A stretch of 28,817 nucleotides of DNA from a virus. Its lineage: Duplodnaviria > Caudoviricetes. Shown one piece after another: positions 16,019-23,596 of this stretch. Made by a program: the position numbers and the translations under genes. The stretch lies in the IMG/VR virus record IMGVR_UViG_3300016649_000188, positions 1 to 28,817 of that record. One strand, 5' to 3'. The notes beneath the pieces were generated by a model that was given only the letters and a program-made list of their open reading frames with translations, was not told where the DNA came from and made no database searches. Numbering within the stretch: position 1 is the stretch's first letter; each line of letters starts with the position of its first letter.

Positions 16019-16296
16019 CGGCCGTCGTCCCAAGTGGTCGGACGGTCGTCTCCCATCTCGAGCATGTCGATCAGGCCGACGATGTCCCCGATCGTTTCGG
16101 GTTCTGGCGGCCGTGGCACGCCAGCTCGGTCGGCGGCAAGACACACGACACGCCAGAACGCCGACGGGTGGGCGCCTGGCGACGCGAACAGGTGATACCA
16201 GTTCACGTCGAAGTCGCGTGTGATCTGCTCAAACTCCTTGAGCGGCAGATCCTCAACGGAGACGGAAGTGTCTCCGAGCTTGATGGTCCATGCCAT
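15988..16296 (-). CDS. Tail assembly chaperone, 102 aa
   Basis: Acidic protein between tail tube and tape measure; GGGAGG RBS. Confidence 0.75.
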   Translation of the reverse strand: MAWTIKLGDTSVSVEDLPLKEFEQITRDFDVNWYHLFASPGAHPSAFWRVVCLAADRAGVPRPPEPETIGDIVGLIDMLEMGDDRPTTWDDGRPTEDGQETN

Positions 16297-16324
16297 GTTG
16301 GTCGCCTCCCCGGCGGTTGTCTGG

Positions 16325-16738
16325 TTAGAACGTGCCGTAGCCAGTCAGGTCGCTGGCACTGGCCCAGTTGATGCTGGCCTTGACGAGATCGTTGACGCCG
16401 GACTCGTACGACACGTCCATGACCGCAGTGGTCTGCCAGTAGATCGTGGAGTGGTTCGAGATGTCCGGGTAAATGGCGAGCGCACGAGCGTTGCCGTCAG
16501 CGATCGTCTTCCAGCCGGTGACGGCCAGGTCGATCAGGCCGGAGAAACTGCCGGACGCGTCGCCGAGACCCATGATGTACTGCTTCGAGGAGTCCCCGAA
16601 GCAGGTGGTCTCGACTCGGTCTCGGCTCTGGTTGATCGACCAGGACTGAATGGTCGACATCGACGTGATCTGCGAACCGTTTGCCGCAGATGAGGTGTCA
16701 ATGTAGATGCGGCCGTTACGGCCCGAACGACGTGCCAT
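16325..16738 (-). CDS. Major tail tube protein, 137 aa
   Basis: SGRNGRIYI...IQSWSIN...VETTCFGDSSKQYIMGLGDASGSFSG pattern; GGAGG RBS. Confidence 0.85.
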   Translation of the reverse strand: MARRSGRNGRIYIDTSSAANGSQITSMSTIQSWSINQSRDRVETTCFGDSSKQYIMGLGDASGSFSGLIDLAVTGWKTIADGNARALAIYPDISNHSTIYWQTTAVMDVSYESGVNDLVKASINWASASDLTGYGTF

Positions 16739-16801
16739 TGGGGAAGCCTCCGTGGGCGCGAGCCGCCAAGATGACGGTCATGATGACGTGCGGCCGGACG
16801 G

Positions 16802-17872
16802 CTACACGTTGACCGGCTGCCGGTCAAGCAGCCGGAGAACTTCAGCGACACGATTCTTGAACGTCCAGTCGGCAAGCCGACTACGTGCCTCGCGTGAGAT
16901 TTGCGCTCTGGCGTTCTCGTTTGCGAGATAGAACCGGATCAGTTCTTCGGCCTCCCCAGGCTCGTTGAACTTCGGTACTGACGGCAACACGTCGACGTTT
17001 TCGCCGCGTGGTTGCGTGATGTAGAACGTGCCGCACGCAGCAAGTTCAACTTCGCGTGGTCCCATCGCCCAGCCGTCGGACAGGTCTGGCCGGTTGGCTT
17101 CGCGCCGGTACAGATTCATTGACATGTCGGTCGACTGGTACCAGGTGACCGTTTCGATGTTGTCAACACAGCACATGAGCCGGTCAGGGTGACCGAACGG
17201 CATCTCGTCCTCGAGGTGGACGAACTGTTCGATTGCGGTGCCGGCAGCGGCCGTCCAGTTCCCAAGCAGTTTCAGGTCGATGTTGTCCCAGCGCATGGCC
17301 GATAGGAACTCGACTCGGGACTTGTAGCCAGATCCGATGATGCACACGTCGGATCGGTAGCCGGCCTGGACCGGACCTGGTTTGTGGACGGTCGGGTCGT
17401 ACGAGTGCGGCAGGTAGATCGCGTTGACGCCAGCAGCACGGTACTTGTCAAGGTTGATCGGGTCGTTGAGAACGACGAGGTCGCCGCCTGCTTGAGCACG
17501 TTGCAGTTGGTTGTCGTCCTCGTACGGCGATTCGGTGTAGACGTGGACAAGGCGCATGTTTCTGGCGGCCAGGACGTCCATGAGGTGCGGCGTCACGAAG
17601 AAGCTACTGATCGAGATGACGACGTCAGGCCACCACGTGAACGCTCTTGCTTTGATGATCTCGGATGTCAGGTACCACTGCTCGTGTATGTCAAGCCATT
17701 TGGCGTACTGGCCGTCGGTGACTTCGCGGTAGGCGCCAGAGAAGAACGTCAGGACGTCCTCGAGGTCGACGGTCTGCACGTCAACGCCGTTTGCGACAAG
17801 GCCGGCAGTCCAGCCGTTCGCGACGTCCTTGACCGAGTAGTTCGGCCCTGGGTTGACGACCAGTGCTCTCAT
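16802..17872 (-). CDS. GT-B glycosyltransferase (CgeB/Glyco_trans_1_2-like), 356 aa
   Basis: TESPYED, YLPHSYDP, DVCIIGSGYKSRVEFL, WYQSTDMSMNL and GPREVELAACGTF motifs; ATGA-coupled to the tail terminator gene. Confidence 0.85.
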   Translation of the reverse strand: MRALVVNPGPNYSVKDVANGWTAGLVANGVDVQTVDLEDVLTFFSGAYREVTDGQYAKWLDIHEQWYLTSEIIKARAFTWWPDVVISISSFFVTPHLMDVLAARNMRLVHVYTESPYEDDNQLQRAQAGGDLVVLNDPINLDKYRAAGVNAIYLPHSYDPTVHKPGPVQAGYRSDVCIIGSGYKSRVEFLSAMRWDNIDLKLLGNWTAAAGTAIEQFVHLEDEMPFGHPDRLMCCVDNIETVTWYQSTDMSMNLYRREANRPDLSDGWAMGPREVELAACGTFYITQPRGENVDVLPSVPKFNEPGEAEELIRFYLANENARAQISREARSRLADWTFKNRVAEVLRLLDRQPVNV

Positions 17873-18240
17873 TGCAGGACTCTGGGGACGGACACTCGGA
17901 AGTCAGCGATCCAGACGTCCATGTCGGCCATGTAGGCCGTGGCTCCGGTAATCACCCACGATTCGGCGCCGAGTTGCGCATCGACGAGGTCGACGAGCTT
18001 GCCGAGCTGCTGCTGGCTTTCTGCGACGCCAGGTTCGGATGCCTTGACGTAGCAGCGGATCGGGATTGAGTAGGCCAGTTCCGTGATCGTGAATCCGTCG
18101 TAGTCGACGACAATTGCTGGTGACCGAAACCGGTTCGGTGCTGGTACGTGATCTGATACCCACACTGTCTCTTGCGCCTCAAGCGGCTTCAACGCTTGGT
18201 AGATGTCTGCGACGACGTCCGTGATGGTGTCTGCCGTCAT
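17869..18240 (-). CDS. Tail terminator/completion protein, 123 aa
   Basis: Size, synteny and PAIVVD...SQQQLGKLVDLVDAQL pattern; ATGA coupling at both ends. Confidence 0.65.
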   Translation of the reverse strand: MTADTITDVVADIYQALKPLEAQETVWVSDHVPAPNRFRSPAIVVDYDGFTITELAYSIPIRCYVKASEPGVAESQQQLGKLVDLVDAQLGAESWVITGATAYMADMDVWIADFRVSVPRVLQ

Positions 18241-18851
18241 CGTTTCCACACTTTCGCAAGTGCTTTCGTTTGTTCTCTGGCGACGATTCCTGCGACGCGC
18301 GGTGCAAGCGCATCGAACACCTGGTCGAACTTGTGTGTTCCTCGGAACGACACGCCGTAGATCGGACCGGTCATCGCGTACCCACGTTGTTTGTTTCCCA
18401 AGAACGGCCGTTGCGCAACTCGTGACCTGACAAACTTGCCGGACGCTGTGATTCGCACCAGCCGCAACCCGTTTTTCGTTTGCTCAAACCCGATGCCTTG
18501 CCGGAGCGCCTTGCCTCGTGCAGTCCTTGCACCAACAACGTGCGGTTTCGCTCCCGAGTTGATGATCGACGCAAGGCCGGCCGGGACCACACCAACGATA
18601 GCTGTCGAGTTTCTTGGCGCACGTGCCTTCTTGACCTGCGCGCCGATCTTGCCTGGCGACACACGTTGGCCAGCGGCGTCACGAGGCGCAGTACCAGAGA
18701 ACGCACGGTCAGATCCGACAACGGACACGACTGCGGCATCAAGCGCCTTGCCGATGATTACCGCAGCCTCATTGACAGCATCTCGATGCGCGCCTTGCAA
18801 CTGGCGTGACGCTGCAATGACCTGGTTAGCGAACCGGTCGGGACTGGTCAC
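18237..18851 (-). CDS. Neck/tail completion protein (HK97 gp10-like), 204 aa
   Basis: Basic protein with INSGAKPH and RGTHKF motifs, between adaptor and terminator. Confidence 0.62.
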   Translation of the reverse strand: MTSPDRFANQVIAASRQLQGAHRDAVNEAAVIIGKALDAAVVSVVGSDRAFSGTAPRDAAGQRVSPGKIGAQVKKARAPRNSTAIVGVVPAGLASIINSGAKPHVVGARTARGKALRQGIGFEQTKNGLRLVRITASGKFVRSRVAQRPFLGNKQRGYAMTGPIYGVSFRGTHKFDQVFDALAPRVAGIVAREQTKALAKVWKR

Positions 18852-19453
18852 GCAATCCCCATCATCCGGTCGCGTTGCACCTCCGCGCCAAGGAGCTCAA
18901 GAACTCGGTTAGGGACAGCAAACCCGGCAGGGACGAACGTCTCAGTTCCGAACGTGTTGCCGGTGCCATGCTCCGACGCCCACATGTGCCGCAGGAACGC
19001 TAACGCTGCCTGCTTGAACAATGGCGACACGGCAGCGGTCGTCGCAGCACGGCCAGCGACGTAGGTGACGGACACCGACTGCAAGTTCCCGGCGAACGTG
19101 TACGTTGAGCCGCTTGAGCGGCGCACGATCGTTCCCTGCGTCAGATCGGCGAGGTACGCGTCAGCTGGCTTTGTCGTCGTGGTTTCGGCCGTCAGGGTCG
19201 TTGCGGCACCGTTCGTGTCGTATTCGACAACTGATGTCACTGACGCGACCGGTCGTCGATCAAGCCGGACAATGCCTTCCCCGCCGTTGTGGAGCTCGCC
19301 GGTGATGGTGCGTTGCACGACCGGACCGCAAATGTCGTCTAGCCGGATCGACACTGCCTCGATCCATGCCGCAAGCAACGCAACGTCTTGTGATGCTGAC
19401 GCACCCAGGTAGTCACGTGCCTCAGTAAGCGTCACGATGTCGTTTGTGGCCAT
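18848..19453 (-). CDS. Head-tail adaptor (HK97 gp6-like), 201 aa
   Basis: IVTLTEARDYL...DVALLAAWIEA...RPVASVTSV...VSVTYVAG...KQAAL...VLELL. Confidence 0.85.
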   Translation of the reverse strand: MATNDIVTLTEARDYLGASASQDVALLAAWIEAVSIRLDDICGPVVQRTITGELHNGGEGIVRLDRRPVASVTSVVEYDTNGAATTLTAETTTTKPADAYLADLTQGTIVRRSSGSTYTFAGNLQSVSVTYVAGRAATTAAVSPLFKQAALAFLRHMWASEHGTGNTFGTETFVPAGFAVPNRVLELLGAEVQRDRMMGIA

Positions 19454-19454
19454 C

Positions 19455-19481
19455 AGTGTCCTCTACTGTCCTGCACTGTCC
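19455..19481 (-). repeat. Three GGACA(G/C)T heptamers at exact 10-bp spacing
   Basis: Plus strand AGTGTCC 19455, ACTGTCC 19465 and ACTGTCC 19475 fill the 29-nt intergenic gap. Confidence 0.7.
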
Positions 19482-19482
19482 A

Positions 19483-20028
19483 CTACGGATGGTCGTACGT
19501 ACGGTTCGTGTCGTGGAACCGGTACGTCCAGGTCGTTTTGTGTACGCATCGGAACCGGCCGCCGGCGTCGAGGATGTTTAGCCACAGTTGCCAGTCTTCG
19601 TCGTACGCGTCTACCGGGAAGCCTCCGACCCGGTCAAACATTTCCCGACGGACAAGAGTCGTGACCGGGATCGTGTTGTGTTTCCGAAGCCGGTCCACGT
19701 TGCAGTAGTGGACGATGCCGTGGTCGTCACGGCCAACGATGCGTGGTAGCGACCAGATCACGTCAGCGTTGTCAGCCTCGCAACACAGCTGCTCGAGGTG
19801 ATCGACGTCGACCAGGTCATCGTCGTCAACAAACGCAAACCAGCGGATGTGGTCGCCAACTGATCGGCAGAGCCGGTTTCGGATCTGTGCCGGCCCTGCA
19901 CGGTCTACGTCGACTGCGACATGCTGTTCCGCTACGACGGTTTGCGCATCGAGCCGTAGGCAAAGTTCGGCCAACATCGTTTCGCGACCTGGAATGGTCG
20001 GAACGATCCAGGCGATGTCAACGGCCAC
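19483..20028 (-). CDS. Glycosyltransferase family 2 (GT-A), 181 aa
   Basis: IVPTIPGR, GPAQIRN, FAFVDDDD (DxD) and VGGF...EDWQLW motifs; GTG at 20028 with a GGGGA RBS. Confidence 0.88.
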   Translation of the reverse strand: MAVDIAWIVPTIPGRETMLAELCLRLDAQTVVAEQHVAVDVDRAGPAQIRNRLCRSVGDHIRWFAFVDDDDLVDVDHLEQLCCEADNADVIWSLPRIVGRDDHGIVHYCNVDRLRKHNTIPVTTLVRREMFDRVGGFPVDAYDEDWQLWLNILDAGGRFRCVHKTTWTYRFHDTNRTYDHP

Positions 20029-20650
20029 GTGTGTGTCCCCAGTGATGACGCGTGTACGCGTGCGGGAAGTGCTCCCATTCGCGATGCATCTCGCCGAACC
20101 CAAACGGGTAGAACTGTGCCGAGCGAAACACCGTCAGTTCGCCAGGCCGTTGCTGCCAGAGCGGCGTGATCAGACCAGGTCCGGTGACCCGCTCCATCGG
20201 CTCGAACCGTTCGTGCGGCCACCGTTCGGCAATGCTGTCAATGCATGCTTGCCAGAACGGATGGCCGGGACGGTCAGCGCCGACAATCGCGTTGCAGACA
20301 TGTTCGCCGTCGACCTCGAACGCAGCCCAGGCCGGCACACCGGCCACCAGGTCGAGCGGCCGTAACGGCTCCATGTCGCAGTTCGCGACGATCCCGCCGA
20401 ACTGGTGCACGAGTTCGTAGGCGACAATGTCAGCCTGTTGCACGTAGCGTGCGATCCGTTCCGGCTGTCCCGACGGCGGCATCGGCTTATCGGCCAGGTC
20501 GTCGAAGATCGCCTGGTTCTGCAACGTCGGCAGGTTCTGCTCGGTCCACAGCTCGACGTCGTAGCCGAGCGTCTCCCACAACCTTCCGAAATGGACCAGT
20601 TCGTCGCGCATCGGTTCGGGACCGAACCAGATCCGATGCACGACCGTCAT
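20018..20650 (-). CDS. Glycosyltransferase, GT32/OCH1-like sugar-binding family, 210 aa
   Basis: VHRIWFG, LWTE, ADIVAYELVHQFGGIVANCDME, NAIVGA..GHPF, TGPGLIT, FYP and HHWGHT motifs. Confidence 0.85.
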   Translation of the reverse strand: MTVVHRIWFGPEPMRDELVHFGRLWETLGYDVELWTEQNLPTLQNQAIFDDLADKPMPPSGQPERIARYVQQADIVAYELVHQFGGIVANCDMEPLRPLDLVAGVPAWAAFEVDGEHVCNAIVGADRPGHPFWQACIDSIAERWPHERFEPMERVTGPGLITPLWQQRPGELTVFRSAQFYPFGFGEMHREWEHFPHAYTRHHWGHTRGR

Positions 20651-21564
20651 CTGGTCCGCCAGGTCACGTTTCGCATCTGCGCGAACCAGCCGACCGTCTC
20701 AGCGATGCCGGCGTCGATCGTCACAAACGATGCTGGGTCGATCCCGACATGGCTCAACGTGGACACGTCAGCGACGACGTCCCGGCCGACAGATTCTCCC
20801 GGCCGCATCGGCAACAGCTCGACGTCGGCAATGCCGCCATAGATCGCAGCCTCAGCGCCGACCATCCTGGCGATGTCGATCACCTGATGGTGCTCGACAG
20901 GACCGACCTCGACCGTCACCGGCGGGACGTCGTTGCGTGCGCATGCTGTGAACGTCGCCGACAACACCCTTGCGACATCACGCACAGACACACAGTCAGA
21001 AACCTGCGACCCGTCGCCGTAGACCGGCATCGGTTTGCGAGACAGCGCCGAGCATGCGAACGTCGGCAGGATCTTGCGGACTTTGGCAGGACCGTACGGT
21101 GCTGGCGCCGACTGGCGTGGCCCGTACGCGTTCATTACTCGGACGTTCGCTGCTTTCAGGCCGAGTTCGTCGCGGTACTGCTCGAGGAGGCGCGCCGCAC
21201 AGGCTTTTGTGGTCGAGTAGGTGTTCCGCATCCAGTGGTTACCGACGGCGATGTTGACCAACGGCAGGCCGTATTGGCGGCACGCCTGTAACACGTTCAC
21301 CATGCCAAGCACGTTTGTTTCTGCGGCAGGACCGGGATTCCCGATCGTTTCCTGCGTGCCGAGCACTGCCGCCAGATGGATGATCCCATCGACGTGCGCA
21401 GCGAACTCGGTTACGGCCGTGGCGTCGCGAACGTCACCCAACATGACCGTCTCTGAGCTACGGCCGCGATGGTCGAACACGACGACCTGGTGGCCGTCAC
21501 GGACGAGCTGGTCTCGGACCCACCCGCCAATAAAGCCTGCTCCCCCGGTCACACCGACAATCAT
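20647..21564 (-). CDS. NAD-dependent nucleotide-sugar epimerase/dehydratase (extended SDR), 305 aa
   Basis: VTGGAGFIG Rossmann motif, HLAA, YSTTK (YxxxK), NAYGP, YGDGSQ and RPGE. Confidence 0.92.
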   Translation of the reverse strand: MIVGVTGGAGFIGGWVRDQLVRDGHQVVVFDHRGRSSETVMLGDVRDATAVTEFAAHVDGIIHLAAVLGTQETIGNPGPAAETNVLGMVNVLQACRQYGLPLVNIAVGNHWMRNTYSTTKACAARLLEQYRDELGLKAANVRVMNAYGPRQSAPAPYGPAKVRKILPTFACSALSRKPMPVYGDGSQVSDCVSVRDVARVLSATFTACARNDVPPVTVEVGPVEHHQVIDIARMVGAEAAIYGGIADVELLPMRPGESVGRDVVADVSTLSHVGIDPASFVTIDAGIAETVGWFAQMRNVTWRTR

Positions 21565-22211
21565 CGGATCAGTTCCCTGATCGGCTCGACAGCCCACCCG
21601 TAACGGTCGACGGTGCCGTTACCCCAGGTCGACACCGTGCCGACATGCTCGGCGAGGTCCAGCTGTCCGATCCGCCAGCCGGCCTCACGGACTTTCTGAC
21701 AGACCGGAACGTCCCACGAACCTTGGCTGATGAGCGCAACACGGCTGCCGACCTCGGCGAGCTGTTGCGGCCGTGTCGTCGTCCATGACGCCGCACCAGT
21801 CGACGCACGCTCAACCCAGCCGTCATGCACCGCCACAATCTCGTTCCAAGAGAACGCCGGCTCGAGGTGGCCGCCAGCTAGCAGCACGTCGTCCGGAGCA
21901 GCCTGCCAGAACGCCTCAAGGCGGTCGCGCCAGCCGTCATGCCAGACCATGTCGTCATCGGACACGACCACCAGGTCAGCGCCAGAACCGGCACCGATCC
22001 GCAGACCGCACCAGGTGCCGTAGCCGCTGGTCGTGTTCGCCGTCTCGTTCCGCCAACTTGTCCACCGGCCGAAGTCGGTCCCGTCGGTCGACCCGTTATC
22101 GACCACGATGACCCGGTCGGCGTCTGCCAACGTCTCGCAGGTCCGCTCAAGGAGGCCGTACCGGCCGGTCCTGGTCGGGTTCCACGACAGGACAACAGCC
22201 ACGACGTTCAT
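21561..22211 (-). CDS. Glycosyltransferase family 2 (GT-A), 216 aa
   Basis: VVVLSWN, IVVDNGSTDG, VVSDDDM, WDVPVCQKVREAGWRI and EHVG. Confidence 0.85.
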   Translation of the reverse strand: MNVVAVVLSWNPTRTGRYGLLERTCETLADADRVIVVDNGSTDGTDFGRWTSWRNETANTTSGYGTWCGLRIGAGSGADLVVVSDDDMVWHDGWRDRLEAFWQAAPDDVLLAGGHLEPAFSWNEIVAVHDGWVERASTGAASWTTTRPQQLAEVGSRVALISQGSWDVPVCQKVREAGWRIGQLDLAEHVGTVSTWGNGTVDRYGWAVEPIRELIR

Positions 22212-23347
22212 ACGACGATCGGGGACGGCTGCGGCACCAGCTCGGCAAACACGTCACGCATGTGCGTGTCCCACACCACCCGGTAGTCGTACTGCTCAGC
22301 GAACGTCCGAGCGTCACCCTGTAGCTGCTGATCTCCTCGCGCCTCATAGGCGTCGAACAGTGCCTGCTTGAGCAGTGCGTCGTACGGCCTGACCCAATCC
22401 GCAGCCTGCGCCGAATCCCACAGAAAGTGGCCGGGAACTTTCCAGCCTGCGCCGCACAACTCAGACTGTGCCGTCGCGTCCGTCACGATCACCGGCACCC
22501 CGCACGCTTGCGCCTCGATCACCGGGATACCAAACCCCTCGCCGAGCGACGGTGCCAGCAGCACATCAAACGCCGAGTAGAGCGTCGCCATCTTCCGGTC
22601 CGAGACGCCATACCGCAACAGCGGCGACGGCTGAAACTGCAACGCATGTTCCGGCACCTGATACGTCGACGCCAACAACGCCAGGTCAATCCCCGACGGC
22701 GGGTTCCGTTTCGTATGACAGAACAACAACGCGTCGTCGTGCTGTTTTGCTAACGCCGCAAACGCCTGGAACGCAACGTCCCAGCCCTTGCGGAGCCAGC
22801 CTGCGCCCTTGTTCGCAGCGACCATCCCAACGAGGAACGTGTCTTTGTCGAACCCGAGCAGGCGGCGAGCCTCGGCACGATCCACCGGAGCGAACACCTC
22901 AGTGTCGATACCGTGCGGCGCATACAACGCCGGCTGCTTGTTCACTGCGAACTGTTCAGCACCCCACTGCGACATCGCAACCGGGACAGCGCCAAGCTTC
23001 TGAACCGAAGCCAACACCTTCGGCGGAAGCGGAGAATGATCGACCGGCGTCCACCACCCGACCCGGCCCTCCAACGTGCAGTCAACCGCCCACACGTCAT
23101 AGAGGCCGAACGTCACGTCCGGCTCAACCGTCCGGCAGTCCTCAGCCAGCGAATCGGTCCCGAACTGGTGTTCGCCAGGCGGCAACACCGGGATGTCCTC
23201 CCAATGATGCGCTCGAGGTTCCCCGCCGTAGTTCGCCGAGATCACCACGTCGTGACCCTCGTCGCGCAGCTTCCGGCACCAGATCGCCGTCTGCTGGCCG
23301 TATCCGGTCGGCGCAGTCGGATGATTGGACCACCACAGCACCCTCAT
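22208..23347 (-). CDS. Glycosyltransferase family 4 (GT-B), 379 aa
   Basis: PTGYGQQT, PHGIDTEVF, RKG, and GEGFGIPVIEAQACGVPVI (E-x7-E motif). Confidence 0.92.
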   Translation of the reverse strand: MRVLWWSNHPTAPTGYGQQTAIWCRKLRDEGHDVVISANYGGEPRAHHWEDIPVLPPGEHQFGTDSLAEDCRTVEPDVTFGLYDVWAVDCTLEGRVGWWTPVDHSPLPPKVLASVQKLGAVPVAMSQWGAEQFAVNKQPALYAPHGIDTEVFAPVDRAEARRLLGFDKDTFLVGMVAANKGAGWLRKGWDVAFQAFAALAKQHDDALLFCHTKRNPPSGIDLALLASTYQVPEHALQFQPSPLLRYGVSDRKMATLYSAFDVLLAPSLGEGFGIPVIEAQACGVPVIVTDATAQSELCGAGWKVPGHFLWDSAQAADWVRPYDALLKQALFDAYEARGDQQLQGDARTFAEQYDYRVVWDTHMRDVFAELVPQPSPIVV

Positions 23348-23523
23348 CGGGTTTCGACCTTCGGCTTCGCAGGCCGGCCAGGCTTCGGCTTCGGCTGCCA
23401 GACGATCCAGTGTTCGTCACCGACCGTTGTGATCTGCACGATGGTCCCGCCGTCCGTCTCGATTTGTTCGACGGCACGTGCAATGTCTGTTGCGGCCGTC
23501 AACGACGGCAATCGCGTCAACAT
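23344..23523 (-). CDS. Small hypothetical protein with basic tail, 59 aa
   Basis: ATG 23523 with a GGGGAGGG RBS; ends PKPKPGRPAKPKVETR; ATGA-coupled to the GT4 gene. Confidence 0.65.
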   Translation of the reverse strand: MLTRLPSLTAATDIARAVEQIETDGGTIVQITTVGDEHWIVWQPKPKPGRPAKPKVETR

Positions 23524-23549
23524 CTTGCCCTCCCCAGGCTTGTTGATGA

Positions 23550-23589
23550 CATGGTGGCGGCCAGCCGACAAGGACTGGCCGCCACCATG
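23550..23589 (-). terminator. 15-bp perfect stem-loop immediately after the major capsid gene
   Basis: CATGGTGGCGGCCAG-N10-CTGGCCGCCACCATG, 7 nt after the capsid stop; no U-tract. Confidence 0.7.
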
Positions 23590-23596
23590 CCGAATG

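Noticed and set aside
19483-23347. Host polysaccharide locus or gtrABC-type serotype conversion cassette
   Set aside because: There is no flippase, polymerase, undecaprenyl transferase or multi-TM protein, and the genes are coupled within the virion operon. DNA modification is disfavoured by position but not excluded.
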